DNA of 64,000 nt from an uncultured Chloroflexia bacterium (GCA_963834915.1 CAWIDI010000004.1:146562-210561); one strand, 5' to 3'. Positions 46,286 to 60,818 are shown, numbered from the stretch's first letter. Made by a program: numbers and translations. Notes: generated by a model not told the origin, from the sequence alone.

Positions 46286-48850
46286 TCACGCGCCACTCCC
46301 CGGGGTGGCGGGATCGGCTCCGCCAGCCGAGGGGTCGCCATCGTCGCCGATGCCGTCCTGCTCCGCAAGCCCCGCGCGGAACGCCGCGATGGCCACGACC
46401 CGGTCGCCCTCGGCCAGGCGCATCACGATCACGCCGCGCGCGGATGACGAGTAGCGGTTGATGGTGTTGGTCTCCGTGCGGATCACCTGGCCGCCGGCCG
46501 AGATGAGCAGGAGCTCCTCGTCGGCGTCGGTGACCTGCTGGACCGCAGCGACGTCCCCGGTCTTGCGACCCTCGAGCGAGATGAGGCCGACGCCCTGCCC
46601 GCCACGGTGCTTGCGCCGGAACTCGGTGAGCGGGACGCGCTTGCCGTAGCCCCATTCCGTGAGGACCAGGATGTCCGAATCGGGCTCGACCACGCTCATG
46701 CCGACCACGGAATCGCCCTGGCGGGCGAGCCGGATGCCGATGACCCCGGCTGCGTCGCGGCCCATGCCGCGGACCTCGGACTCGGCGAAGCGCGCGATCT
46801 TGCCCTTGGAGGTGGCGATGATGATGTCGTCGCTCCCGCTCGAGACATCGACCCAGGCGAGCTCGTCGTCGTCGCGCATCGTGATCGCCCGGATCCCGGA
46901 CGAGCGGACCTTCTCGAACTGCTCGAGCGGCGTCTTCTTGATGATGCCCTTGCGGGTCGCCAGGACCAGGTACGAGCCGGCCGTGAAGTCCTTGAGCATG
47001 ATCGTGGCCATCGGCAGCTCGCCGGACTCCACCTGGACGCCGGGGAGGTTGATGATCGGGATCCCCTTGGCCTGGCGGCTGGCATCCGGGATGGCGTGCA
47101 CCTTGGCGCTGAACACCCGGCCACGGTTCGTGAAGAAGAGCGCCCAGTGGTGGGTGTTCGCGACGAGCAGGTGCTCGACGGCGTCCTCCTCGCGCGTGAC
47201 GTGGCCGATGATGCCCTTGCCGCCACGGTGCTGGCGGCGGTAGGTGTCGACCGGCTGGCGCTTGATGTAGCCCCGGCCGGAGATCGTGACCACGACGTCT
47301 TCGTCGGCGATGAGGTCCTCGTCGGTCATCTCGCGGCTTGCATCGTCGGCGACGCGCGTCCGCCGCTCGCCCGCGTACTTCCGCTTCAGCTCGGCCAGCT
47401 CGTCCTTGATGATCGAGAGCACGCGGGCCGGGTTGGCGAGGATGTCCTCGAGCTCGGCGATCTGCTGGATGACCGCGAGGTACTCGTCCTCGATCTTCTT
47501 GCGCTCGAGGGCGGCCAGGCGGGCAAGACGGAGGTCGAGGATCGCCTGGGCCTGGATCTCGGAGAGGTCGAAGCGCTGCATCAGGTTCGTGCGCGCGAGA
47601 TCGACGTCCGGCGACTCACGGATGGTCTTGATGACCGCGTCGAGGTGGTCGAGCGCGATCTTGAGGCCCTCGAGGATGTGCGCCCGGGCGCGCGCCTTGC
47701 CGAGGTCGAACTCGGTCCGGCGGCGGACGATCTCGCGGCGGTGCTCGATGTGGTGGACGAGCACGCTGCGCAGCGGCAGGGTCTGGGGCTGCCCGTCGAC
47801 CAGCGCGAGCATGTTCATGTTGAACGCGAGCTGCATCGGGGTGTGCTTGAACAGGTTGTTCAGCACCTTGTGCGGGTTCGCGTCGCGCTTGATCTCGATG
47901 AAGATGCGCATCCCGTCGCGGTCGGACTCGTCGCGCAGGTCGGAGATGCCGTCGATGCGCTTGTCCTTGACCAGGTCGGCCATCTTCTCGAGCAGGGACG
48001 CCTTGTTCACCTGGTAGGGCAGCTCGGTCACGATGATCGCCGTGCGGTCGCCGCGGACCTCCTCGAAGGCGACCTGGGCACGCATCACGACCCGGCCGCG
48101 CCCGTGCGCGTACATCTGGCGGATCGCGTCGACCGTTTCCCACTCGCCGGTCAGCGCGTTGCGCTGCTTCTCGAAGCGATAGATCGTCCCGCCGGTCGGG
48201 AAGTCCGGGCCGGTCACGTGCTTGCACAGGTCGTCGGTCGTGAGGTCCGGGTCGTCGATCAGCGCGATCGTGGCGTCGCAGATCTCCCCGAGGTGATGCG
48301 GCGGGATGTTCGTGGCCATCCCGACCGCGATCCCCGACGACCCGTTGACGAGCAGGTTGGGGAGCTTGGCCGGCAGCACCGACGGCTGGGTCGTGGTGCC
48401 GTCGTAGTTCTCGACGAAGTCGACGGTGTCCTTGTCGATGTCGTCGAGCATCTCGGCGGCGATCGCAGTGAGCCGTGCCTCGGTGTAGCGCATGGCGGCG
48501 GCGGAATCCCCGTCGACCGAGCCGAAGTTGCCCTGGCCATCGACGAGCGGATAGCGCATCGAGAAGTCCTGGGCGAGGCGGACCATGGCGTCGTAGAGGG
48601 CCATGTCGCCGTGCGGGTGGTACTTGCCCATCACCTCGCCGACGATCGCGGCGCACTTGCGGTATGAGCTGGTGGCCGAGAGGCCCATCTCGCCCATCGC
48701 ATAGAGGATCCGGCGGTGGACGGGCTTGAGGCCGTCGCGCACGTCGGGCAGCGCCCGGGACACGATCACGCTCATGGCGTAATCGAGGTAGCTCACCCGC
48801 ATCTCGTCCTCGATGCGGATGGCCCGGATGTCGCCCAGGTCGTCGGTCAC
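46286..48850 (-). CDS. gyrA: DNA gyrase subunit A
   Basis: 854 aa: ...[32 protein letters not shown]...[10 protein letters not shown]... Confidence 0.95.
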
Positions 48851-48872
48851 GGTCGGCTACTCCTCGAAGGGA

Positions 48873-49858
48873 TCAGGTGAGTGGCGGTTCGGGGTGGGTG
48901 GCGGGATCCGGGAGCCTGCCGAATTGGGCGGCGGTCGCGGCGCCTTCCGAGGTGGACGGGGCTCCGGCGTGGCGGCGGACCCCGGCAAGGCGGGTCCGCA
49001 GCTCGTCGGCGACGGCCGGGTCGAGCTTGGCGAGCGTGTCACGGATGACCCACGCACGGTGGCCGTCGTCGGTGGTCGCGGCGAGGTCGGTCTCGGCACG
49101 AAGGGCGGCGACCGTTGCGTCCATGTCGACCGCCGTCAGCGAGCGCCACGCCCACGACAGGGCTTTCTGGACATCGGGCTCCGAATCGCCCATGAGCTGG
49201 CGGAGAAGCGGGATCGCGTGGGCGGTCGATCCGGGGTCGCGGCCGTGCCGGCGGTCCACGTGGGTCATGGTCGCGATCGTCGAGCCGACGAGGCGGCGCT
49301 CCCAGCGCGATGGAGAGAAGACGAGCTGCTCCAGCTCCGCCCAGCGGTAGGTTTCGGCGGCGATCCCATCGCCGTACGGATGGGCCAGCGAGTCGACCGT
49401 GATCCAGTCGCCTGCCTCGCGCGCGGCCCGACGGAGGAGCTGCCAGGTGCGCTCCGGATCCGGCCCGATCGTCCGCTCGAGCAGGCCGAAGGCGAACCAG
49501 CGTGGTTCGAGATGGTCCTCGTGGAACAGGCGGTCCACGAGGAAGAGGAGCGGCGCCGGCCGGACGTCGCGGGTGGCGTGGCGGAAACCGCGGCTGACGG
49601 CGGCCATCAGCGGCCAGCGGACGCCGTAGACCAGGCCGATCCCTGGGGCGATCCGCTGCTGGCCCTCGAGGTACTCGGGGTCGGCGAGCGCCTGGAAACC
49701 TGTCACGAGGGTCGTCGCGAAGGTCTCGGGGTCGTTGACCGAGTCGGCCAAACGCTCGCCGAGCGCCTCGGCATCAGGCTTGTGTGCGGCGACGAACGCC
49801 ACGGCCCGCGCGGTCACCTCGCTCGCGGCAGGAAGGTCCTCGGCGGTCGCGGCGGCCG

Positions 49859-49862
<4 letters not shown>
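48873..49862 (-). CDS. DNA alkylation repair (AlkC/AlkD-like HEAT-repeat) family protein
   Basis: ...YGVRWPLMAAVSRGF..., ...GDWITVDSLAHPYG..., ...SRWERRLVGSTIATM..., ...SEPDVQKALSWAWRSL (DNA_alkylation family pattern). GTG 49862 overlaps the upstream stop (GTGA). Confidence 0.7.
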
Positions 49863-53181
<3,319 letters not shown>

Positions 53182-53185
<4 letters not shown>

Positions 53186-54054
53186 GCCACCACCGCCGGC
53201 ACACGCGGGTTCGGGGCGACGTCGGGATCGTCGCCGGTGTCGTGGCTCGGGCCGACGGCCGGCAGCATCGCTCGCTCAGCGCGTTGGCCGCGCTCTGCGT
53301 AGCGTGCCCGGAATTCGTCCGCTGCACGCCGATATGCCAGCGCACCCGGGGAGTCGGGGCGATACATGGCGATCGGCTGGCCGTGGCTCGGAGCCTCGGA
53401 GAGGCGCACGCTGCGCGGGATGACCGTGTCGTAGACGAGCGGCCCGAGATGCCGTCGAACCTCGGCGGCCACCTCGGCCGACAGGTTGGTGCGCCCGTCG
53501 TACATCGTCAGCAGGACGCCGTCGATGGCGAGCGGGGGGTTCAGGTGGTCGCGAACGAGATCGATCGTGGCTAGCAGCTGGGTCAATCCTTCCAGGGCGT
53601 AGTACTCGCATTGCAGCGGGATGAGCACGGAATCGGCGGCGGTGAGGGCATTCACGGTCAGGAGACCGAGCGATGGCGGGCAGTCGACGAAGATGTGGTC
53701 GTAGCGGTCGGCGATATCGACGATGAGGCGGGCGAGCCGCCGTTCCCGAGCTTCGATCGGGGCCAGTTCCACTTCGGCCCCCGCCAACGCGATGGAGGAC
53801 GGGACGACGTCGACCCCGAGCGGACCTTCGACGACGAGGCGATCGAGCGCCAAGTCGTCGATGACTGCGTCGTAGACCGATCGATCGAGGAGCGAGCGGT
53901 CCAATCCGAGGCCGCTGGTGGCGTTTCCCTGTGGATCCAGGTCGATGACGAGGACCCGGTCACCGGCGAGAGCCAGGTAGCTCGCGAGGCTGACCACCGA
54001 CGTGGTCTTGCCGACACCGCCCTTCTGGTTCGCGCAGGCGATCGTCTGGCCCAC
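53182..54054 (-). CDS. parA: Chromosome partitioning ATPase ParA/Soj
   Basis: Deviant Walker A IACANQKGGVGKTTS, then ...VLVIDLDPQGNATSGLG... Confidence 0.9.
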
Positions 54055-54238
54055 TCAGTGACCTGCCTGGAACGCTCTCACGGTCATTGATTTTACCATC
54101 GGACGGCCTCGGACCTCGGTTCAGGACGCTCGACACCAAGGGTCCCACGCCGTCCTGCACCGGCGCTTATCGCCGGTCCGGGGCTTGGTGTGTCACGGTG
54201 GACACCGATCGGAGCTGCGATCCGCCGATCCCACGAGG

Positions 54239-54254
54239 TGTTTCACGTGAAACG
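54239..54254. other. parS centromere-like site 1 (TGTTTCACGTGAAACG)
   Basis: 15/16 match to the TGTTNCACGTGAAACA consensus. Its core GTTTCACGTGAAAC is a perfect palindrome. It lies upstream of parA. Confidence 0.85.
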
Positions 54255-54291
54255 GTCGACGCGACGGAGATGCCAGCGACGATCCGCGAGA

Positions 54292-54307
54292 TGTTTCAAG
54301 TGAAACT
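54292..54307. other. parS-like site 2 (TGTTTCAAGTGAAACT), one core mismatch
   Basis: Same 16-mer with C to A in the central CACGTG. Confidence 0.65.
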
Positions 54308-54395
54308 CACTCCGGTGTCGCCCGTGCGCCCGTCCCACCGGGGTGTTGGCACGAGATGCGTCGGTATGGGCACATCACGGCTCGAATCCATGAGG

Positions 54396-54411
54396 TGTTT
54401 CACGTGAAACA
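54396..54411. other. parS centromere-like site 3 (TGTTTCACGTGAAACA)
   Basis: Perfect 16-bp palindrome identical to the parS consensus. Confidence 0.9.
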
Positions 54412-54581
54412 GCGTGCCCGCCGGGCTTGCCGAGCGTGATCCACGCTTGCCGGGACGCCCGTTGCCCGTTTCGAGCGGTCCGTGGGATACTGCCCGCGAC
54501 GTCGCCGCCGTTTCGATCGCGTCGAGTTCCGCGTCGGCGGGCGCGCGACCTTCGGACGTCTCGCCGAGGATCGAACGCTCA

Positions 54582-55083
54582 ATGACCCTGTTGCTCGCTG
54601 CGGTCGGTGCGACAGTGGCCGCCCTGTTCGAATTGACCGTAGGAACGTATCTCCAGGTCGGCGGCGCTCAGCCGCACCTGGTCCTGGTCGGGGCCGTCGT
54701 GGTCACCATCGTGGTGGGTCTCGAGCCAGGACTGGTTTGGGCTTTCGTCGGTGGCCTGGGACTCGATGTCCTGGCGCAACGACCCTTGGGGTCGACCGCA
54801 TTCGTCCTGTTGCTCTGTACCGGCTGCGCGGCCGTCATCGGTCGGCTCCTCGCACGAATTCAGACCGCTTGCACCGATCATCGCCACCTTCATCCTGAGT
54901 CTCGCGTATTCGATGATGTTGTTCACGCTCGTTGGAGCTCTTCGGACGCCGCTTCCGGTTCCCGACCCGTTCGGGATCGTCCTTCCGGGCGCCGTTTACG
55001 ACACCATCCTCGCCGCGATCATCGGACCGTTGGCGATCTCCGTCCATGACCGGCGCGCCCAGCGCGAACGGGTCGATTGGTGA
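54582..55083 (+). pseudogene. mreD: Rod shape-determining protein MreD, apparent 1-nt insertion near 54850-54870
   Basis: MTLLLAAVGATVAALFELTVGTYLQVGGAQPHLVLVGAVVVTIVVGLEPGLVWAFVGGLGLDVL...AAVIGRLLARI continues in the +1 frame as PLAPIIATFILSLAYSMMLFTLVGAL...IIGPLAISVHDRR. It overlaps the mrdA start. Confidence 0.6.
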
Positions 55084-56978
55084 ACGGGTACCTCGGCGAA
55101 CGCGCGGCGCCGGCGAAGCAGCTGTCGCGTTTCCTCGTCTTTGGCTTGATCGTGATCCTCGCGATGGGGACGCTCACCGCGCGCCTGTTCTACCTGCAGA
55201 TCGTGGATGGGTCCCAGAACTCCGCCCTCGCCACGAAGAACCGGACGGTCCTCGAGGAGATCCCGTCACCACGCGGGCTGATCTACGACCGGAACGGCCG
55301 CGCCCTGGTGACCAACATCCCGACGTTTGCCGTGAAGCTCCGGCCGACCGACCTGCCCGTCGGACAGCGGCCCGAGGTGGTCCAGCGGCTCGCGGCCCTG
55401 CTCAAGATCGACGAGTCCGAGATCAACACGGCGATCGACAGCAACCCGGGATCCGCGTTCGACCTGGTCCGGATCGCGGGCGACGTCGACGAGAGCACCG
55501 CCCGCCTGATCTCCGAGTCCTCGACGCAGCTCCCCGGCGTCGAGGTGGTCGTCGAGGCGCGCCGCCACTACACCGACGGCCCCCTCATGTCACAGCTCGT
55601 CGGCTACACCGGCCCGGTCAACGCCGAACAGCTGGCCACGCTCCGGGCGAAGGGCTACCTGCCGGACGACCTGATCGGCAAGGCCGGCGTCGAATCGTCA
55701 TACGAGACCGAGCTCCGCGGCGTCTACGGCACGGAAACCGTCGAGCGGAACGCCCGTGGCCAGAAGACCCAGGTGCTGCGCACCGACACCCAGGTCCAGC
55801 CGGGCGACTCCCTCACGCTGACCATCGACACGAAGATGCAGCAGCAAGCGCAAAAGGCCTTGCAATGGGGCATGAAGGCGATCGGTTCGAAGCGTGGCGT
55901 CATCATCGCGATGAACCCGCAGACGGGCGAGGTCCTGGCGATGGTCAGCCTGCCCACCTATGACAACAACTTGTTCGCGCGGGGGATCAGCACCAAGGCG
56001 TTCCAGACCCTCGCCAAGGACCCGAACCTGCCGCTGCTCAACCACGCGACGATGGCGCACTATCCGCCCGGTTCAACGTACAAGCTCGTGACCGGCACCG
56101 GCGGCCTCGCCGACAAGGACATCCAGGCGACGACCAAGGTCCAGACGAAGGGCTACCTGACGCTCGGTGCCACCAAGTTCTACGACTGGAATCACCGCGG
56201 TTTCGGACCGTGCGACATCTACTGCGGCTTCGGGCACTCGAGCGACACCTACTTCTACCAGGTCGCCGGCATGCTCGGCAGCGATCGCCTCGGGTACTGG
56301 GCGAAGGACTACGGGTTCGGGGCGCCGACCGGCATCGACCTCCCCGGCGAGGTCTCGGGCATCGTTCCCACGAATGCCTGGAAGGAGGCGACCCTCGGCG
56401 CTCCGATGTTCGCGGGCGAGACCTACCAGGCCGGCATCGGTCAGGGCTACGACGTCGTGACGCCGATCCAGCTGATCAACGCGTACGCCGCCCTCGCGAA
56501 CGGGGGAAAGCTCCTCCAGCCGCAGATCGTCCGACAGGTCACCGCACCCGACGGGACGGTCGTCCGTCCGTTCAAGCCGATCCTCATCCACAAGCTCAAG
56601 GCGTCCGCTAGCGTGCTCAAGACGATGCGCATCGCGGCCCGCAACGTGGTCCTCGTCCGTCACACCTACAACCTCGTCGACCTGCCGATCAAGGTGGCCG
56701 GCAAGTCGGGCACGGCCGAGTTCGGAACGCGGGATAGCAAGGGCCGCCTGCCGTTCCACTCGTGGTTCGTCGGTTTCACGCCCAAGGACCCGGTCCACGG
56801 CAACTTCGACAAGGGCGACTCGCAGCTCGTCGTCCTCGCGTTCGCCTACGACTCCCGGACCAAGGGCAACGCGGCGACCGAGATCGTGAAGTACTTCCTC
56901 CAGCTGCACTACGGCATCAAGCACGACTACCGCAACTTCGACCTCCTGAAGCGCGGCAACTTCTACCAGAGCAACTGA
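55077..56978 (+). CDS. mrdA: Penicillin-binding protein 2 (elongasome transpeptidase)
   Basis: 633 aa: ...RGLIYDRNGRALV..., STYK motif (PPGSTYKLVTG), ...KVAGKSGTAEF... It is followed by rodA. Confidence 0.9.
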   Translation: MVNGYLGERAAPAKQLSRFLVFGLIVILAMGTLTARLFYLQIVDGSQNSALATKNRTVLEEIPSPRGLIYDRNGRALVTNIPTFAVKLRPTDLPVGQRPEVVQRLAALLKIDESEINTAIDSNPGSAFDLVRIAGDVDESTARLISESSTQLPGVEVVVEARRHYTDGPLMSQLVGYTGPVNAEQLATLRAKGYLPDDLIGKAGVESSYETELRGVYGTETVERNARGQKTQVLRTDTQVQPGDSLTLTIDTKMQQQAQKALQWGMKAIGSKRGVIIAMNPQTGEVLAMVSLPTYDNNLFARGISTKAFQTLAKDPNLPLLNHATMAHYPPGSTYKLVTGTGGLADKDIQATTKVQTKGYLTLGATKFYDWNHRGFGPCDIYCGFGHSSDTYFYQVAGMLGSDRLGYWAKDYGFGAPTGIDLPGEVSGIVPTNAWKEATLGAPMFAGETYQAGIGQGYDVVTPIQLINAYAALANGGKLLQPQIVRQVTAPDGTVVRPFKPILIHKLKASASVLKTMRIAARNVVLVRHTYNLVDLPIKVAGKSGTAEFGTRDSKGRLPFHSWFVGFTPKDPVHGNFDKGDSQLVVLAFAYDSRTKGNAATEIVKYFLQLHYGIKHDYRNFDLLKRGNFYQSN

Positions 56979-56985
56979 GAGGCGA

Positions 56986-58146
56986 ATGGGCGTCATCCGA
57001 GCCGAGCCAGCACGCGTCACCGACTGGGCTGCAAAGTCCGTCGGCGCCGTTTGGCGCGCGTTCGACCTGCAGCTCACCACCTATGCAGGCCTGCTGGCGG
57101 CGATCGGCCTCGTCATGGCCTACACGAACAGCGTCGAGAACGGCGACCTCCCGCTCGGGGCGCAGACGACCTTCGCACGGGGCTTGATGTGGGCCGGGCT
57201 GGCCGTGGTCACGTTCATCCTCGCGACCGCGTTCGACTATCGCTGGCTGAAGACCCTCGCCTGGCCGATCTACGGGCTGCAGCTCGGCCTGCTGGCGCTC
57301 ACGCTGGCGATCGGCAACGGGGTCGGTGGGGCCTCGCGGTGGATCGCCCTCGGGCCGTTCACGTTCCAGTTCAGCGAGCTCGCCAAGATCCTGATGATCA
57401 TCGTGCTGGCGCAATACCTTTCGGCGCGCAACGGCAGACTCAATTCGCTGCGGACGATCCTGGGCGCCTGCGTCCTCATCCTTCCGCCCCTCGTCCTCGT
57501 GATGCTGCAGCCGGACCTCGGCACGTCGCTCGTCTTCGGCGCCATCCTCGGCGGGATGCTGTGGATGTCGGGCGCCAGTCTCAAATGGCTGAGCCTGCTC
57601 ACCGCGTCGATCATCGCCCTCGTCCCGATCGCCTGGACCTACATCCTGCTGGACTACCAGAAGCAACGGCTGCTCTCCTTCCTCGACGCCGATCCCGACA
57701 TCAAGGGCGCCGGGTACCAGCTCTACCAGGCGCAGATCGCGGTCGGCTCGGGCGGGTGGATCGGCAAGGGCCTGACCAACGGCACGCAGGCCCAGGGTGA
57801 CTTCCTGCCGGTCAGCACCACCGACTTCGTGCTGGCGATCCTGGCCGAGGAGCTCGGGTTCATCGGGGTGATGGTGGCCTTCACGCTGTTCTTCCTCCTG
57901 ATCTGGCGAGTGCTCGCCTCCGGCTGGAAGTCGCGTGACCCGTTCGGCACGATGTTCGCGGCGGGGATGGCCTCGATGATCATCTTCCAGATCTTCGTGA
58001 ATGCCGGGATGGTCATGGGGATCATGCCGATCACCGGCATCCCGCTCCCATTCGTGACCCATGGCGGCGCGTCGCTGGTGAGCATGGCCATCGGCCTCGG
58101 GATCATCCAGAGCATCAACATCCGGCAGACGCGCGCCGAGTGGTGA
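56986..58146 (+). CDS. rodA: SEDS-family peptidoglycan polymerase RodA
   Basis: 386 aa: ...FQFSELAKILMIIVLAQYL..., ...DFVLAILAEELGFIGV..., ...PITGIPLPFVTHGGASL... Confidence 0.9.
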   Translation: MGVIRAEPARVTDWAAKSVGAVWRAFDLQLTTYAGLLAAIGLVMAYTNSVENGDLPLGAQTTFARGLMWAGLAVVTFILATAFDYRWLKTLAWPIYGLQLGLLALTLAIGNGVGGASRWIALGPFTFQFSELAKILMIIVLAQYLSARNGRLNSLRTILGACVLILPPLVLVMLQPDLGTSLVFGAILGGMLWMSGASLKWLSLLTASIIALVPIAWTYILLDYQKQRLLSFLDADPDIKGAGYQLYQAQIAVGSGGWIGKGLTNGTQAQGDFLPVSTTDFVLAILAEELGFIGVMVAFTLFFLLIWRVLASGWKSRDPFGTMFAAGMASMIIFQIFVNAGMVMGIMPITGIPLPFVTHGGASLVSMAIGLGIIQSINIRQTRAEW

Positions 58147-58231
58147 CGGCGCCGTCGAGGCGTCTTCGCGCCCGCTGACCGATACGCCCGTCTGCGTGGT
58201 TGGCCCTCGCCGGCGCGCCGCGCGGCCCCGC

Positions 58232-58852
58232 TTAACGCCGGCGGTACAGCCCCCGTCGCTCGGTCGCCTCGGTCTCGGCCGAGACGCGCCGCCCGGCCTT
58301 CCGCAGCAGGAAGTCCAGTTCGTCGCGGAACGGTCGTCCGATCGGCGTGCGGTCCAGCCACTCCAGGTACTCGACGTCCTTCCGGGCGATCTCGCCCAGC
58401 GACCATCCGGCATAGCGACCGAAGTTGAGCACGCTCCCCGATGGCCGACCCGGCGGCGGACCGGCGGCGCCGAGCCCGTCGGGCTCGCGCATCGACGGGT
58501 CGTAGCCGCCGCCGACCGAGGACCGGCCGGAGGTCCAGTCGCTCGAGACCTGCTCGGGCGGCGGCTTCGGCGCCGGCGGTCGCGGCGACGGCGGTGGGGT
58601 CGGGGTCGGCGGCTCGACGCCCGGGTTCTCCCGGCCCAATCGCCGGTCGCGGTCGTATCGGGCCCGCGCCTTGGGCTCGCCGATGAGCTCCCACGCCCGA
58701 TTGACGACGGCCATCTTGGCCGCCGCGTCCGGCTCCGACGCCAGATCGGGGTGGAAGCGGCGCGCGAGCCGGCGATACGCGGCCCGGACGGCGTCGTCGG
58801 ACACCTCCGCGTCGATCTCGAGGACTCGGTATGGGTCGAAGTCCTCAGCCAT
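58232..58852 (-). CDS. J-domain (DnaJ-like) protein with C-terminal DUF3820-like domain
   Basis: DPYRVLEIDAEVSDDAVRAAYRRLARRFHPDL (HPD motif), Pro-rich linker, C-terminus FGRYAGWSLGEIARKDVEYLEWL. Confidence 0.8.
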   Translation of the reverse strand: MAEDFDPYRVLEIDAEVSDDAVRAAYRRLARRFHPDLASEPDAAAKMAVVNRAWELIGEPKARARYDRDRRLGRENPGVEPPTPTPPPSPRPPAPKPPPEQVSSDWTSGRSSVGGGYDPSMREPDGLGAAGPPPGRPSGSVLNFGRYAGWSLGEIARKDVEYLEWLDRTPIGRPFRDELDFLLRKAGRRVSAETEATERRGLYRRR

Positions 58853-60099
58853 CGGCCGGCTTGGCTCCGACCTTGGCGACGAGCGCGGCGACGGCGCTGG
58901 GATCGTCGGGACTCATCCTCCGGAAGAGATAGCGGACGACGTCGCGGCCCGCCGCGGCGATCGGCAGGGCCAGGATCGCCCCGAGGAGCCCGGCCAGCGC
59001 GCCGCCGATGATGATCGCGAACATCACCGCCGCCGGGTGGAGGTTCGTCGCGTCGCCCTGGATCTTGGGCACCAGGAAGTTGTTCTCGACCTGTTGCACG
59101 AGCGTGTAGAGCACCAGGGCGGCGACCACGGACTCGATGCCGGCCGTGGCAGCGAGCAGGACCGCGGGGATCGCCGCGATGATCGGACCGATGATCGGCA
59201 GCAGCTCCAGGACGCCCGCGATGACCGAGAGCAGGATCGCGTACTGGCCGAAGATCGGGTCCACGGTGCGGCTCAGGATGAGCAGGCCGATGAACGTGAA
59301 GATCCCGACCGCGAACCCGAGGATCAGCTGGCCGCGGACCCACTGGCCGAAGACGCGCTCGACCGTTCGCAGCAGCACCCAGGTATCGAACCGCCACGCC
59401 GCCGGGAGTGCGCGATCGAATGCCTGGACGAGCGCCACCCGGTCCTTCAGGAGGTAGAACGACCCAGACCGGCAGGATGATGTAGCCGAAGATCGCGCCG
59501 ATGAGGCTGCCCGCCCCCGTGATGAGGGGGAGCAGGAGCGCGAGATTGAGCCCGGCGCCGGGCTGCCCGTTCTGCAGGCCCGCGATGAGGGAATCGATCC
59601 ACTCGCGGATCGCCGGCGGGATCTGGAGGTGCGAGTAGTAGTCGGACAGCTCCTTGATCCGCGTGTTCAGCTGCTCGGCCAGGTGCGGGAAGTCGGCGGC
59701 GAAGCGGAGGATCTCGTTGATCAGCGGGGTCAGCGTGATGGCCATGAAGACCACGAAGAGCACGACCGCGGTGATGTAGACGATGAGGATCGCGAGCGGG
59801 CGTCGAACGCCGCGGCGCGACAGCCGATGGACGGGACCGTCGAGCAGATAGACCAGCAGCAGTCCGACGATGAACGGGCGGACGCTGTCGCGGGCCATCC
59901 ACAGGACCAGGCCGAGGACCAGGCCGGCGACCAGCAGGACCACGACGCGCGGCGAGACCGGCACGAATCGGGGTGGGTTGCCGTCCGCGGCCGGCCGGAG
60001 GAAGGGAGGCGGCGGGAGGGCGACCGTCATCTCGCCGGTCGGGGCCCCCGGCAGCGCCCCCGTCGCTCGGGTCGAAGCGGGACGGGCGGGGTCGTCCAT
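58845..60099 (-). pseudogene. AI-2E/PerM (UPF0118) family transporter, apparent 1-nt insertion near 59460
   Basis: The N-part (from track ORF 56917..60099) ends ...GAIFGYIILPVWV. The conserved continuation FYLLKDRVALVQAFDRALP...LLPIIGPIIAAIPAV...NFLVPKIQGD is in the +1 frame (track ORF 58845..59438). Confidence 0.75.
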
Positions 60100-60119
60100 C
60101 GTGCGGCAGACTACCAGAC

Positions 60120-60818
60120 GTGGACCCCCGTCCCGAACCCGCTCCCGCGGCGATCCTGGAGCCGCGACAGCGCTGGCGGCTCACGCTGGCGCGCGGGCCG
60201 GATGCACCGCGACTGGCCGGACGGGAGCTGAGCGAGGCGTGGGAGGCTTCGCTTGAGGCGGCCGGACTCCCGCTGGCCCGCGGGGCGGGCGCCAAGCCGA
60301 AGTCGCCGGTCGCGTTCGCGGCGCCGCTCCAGGTCGGGATGACGGCCGAGGCCGAGCTCATGGACGTCGTCCTGGCGGATCGATGGCCCATCTGGCGGAC
60401 GAGGGAGGCCCTTGCGGCGGCCGTGCTCCCGGGGCTGGTCGCTTCGCGAGATCGAGGACGTCTGGCTCGGTGCGCCGGCGCTGGCGGCGGCGCTCTGCGC
60501 GGCCGACTACCGGATCGTGCTGGGCGCTGACGCGGCGGCCGCCGAGGTGCGCGAGGCCGCCGGGCGGGTGATCGGCGGCGCGCAGCCTGTTCCGCAGCCG
60601 TGACAAGGGCGGGTCGGTCGTGCGCTACGACCTTCGGCCGTTGCTCGACGCGATCGAGGTGGTGGCGAGGCCCGCCGGTCGTCCTGCGCGTGCGCACGCG
60701 CTTCGATCCGCAGCTCGGCAACGGACGCCCCGAGGAGGTCGTTGCGGCGCTGGCAGACGACCTGGGCCATGACCTCGTCATCGAGGAGATCGTGCGCGAG
60801 CGCCTGGTCCTGGGGTAG
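60120..60818 (+). pseudogene. DUF2344 (TIGR03936-like, radical-SAM-associated) protein with three apparent 1-nt insertions
   Basis: The protein is spread over successive +1 frames:
- (V)DPRPEPAPAAILEPRQRWRLTLARGPDAPRLAGRELSEAWEASLEAAGLPLA...AFAAPLQVGMTAEAELMDVVL...AAVLPG
- WSLREIEDVWLGAPALAAALCAADYRIVL...GRVIGG
- RSLFRSRDKGGSVVRYDLRPLLDAIEVVARP
- PVVLRVRTRFDPQLGNGRPEEVV...RERLVLG

The shifts lie near 60435, 60580 and 60674. Confidence 0.6.

Noticed and set aside
54189-54204. Imperfect palindrome GTGTCACGGTGGACAC upstream of parA as a fourth parS
   Set aside because: It matches only the CACG core and differs from the parS consensus at most arm positions.
56917-58844. Remainder of the 1060-aa track ORF 56917..60099
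   Set aside because: After the frameshift near 59460 the frame reads through, out of frame, into antisense of the J-domain gene and rodA. Only the first about 215 aa (AI-2E N-terminus) are real.
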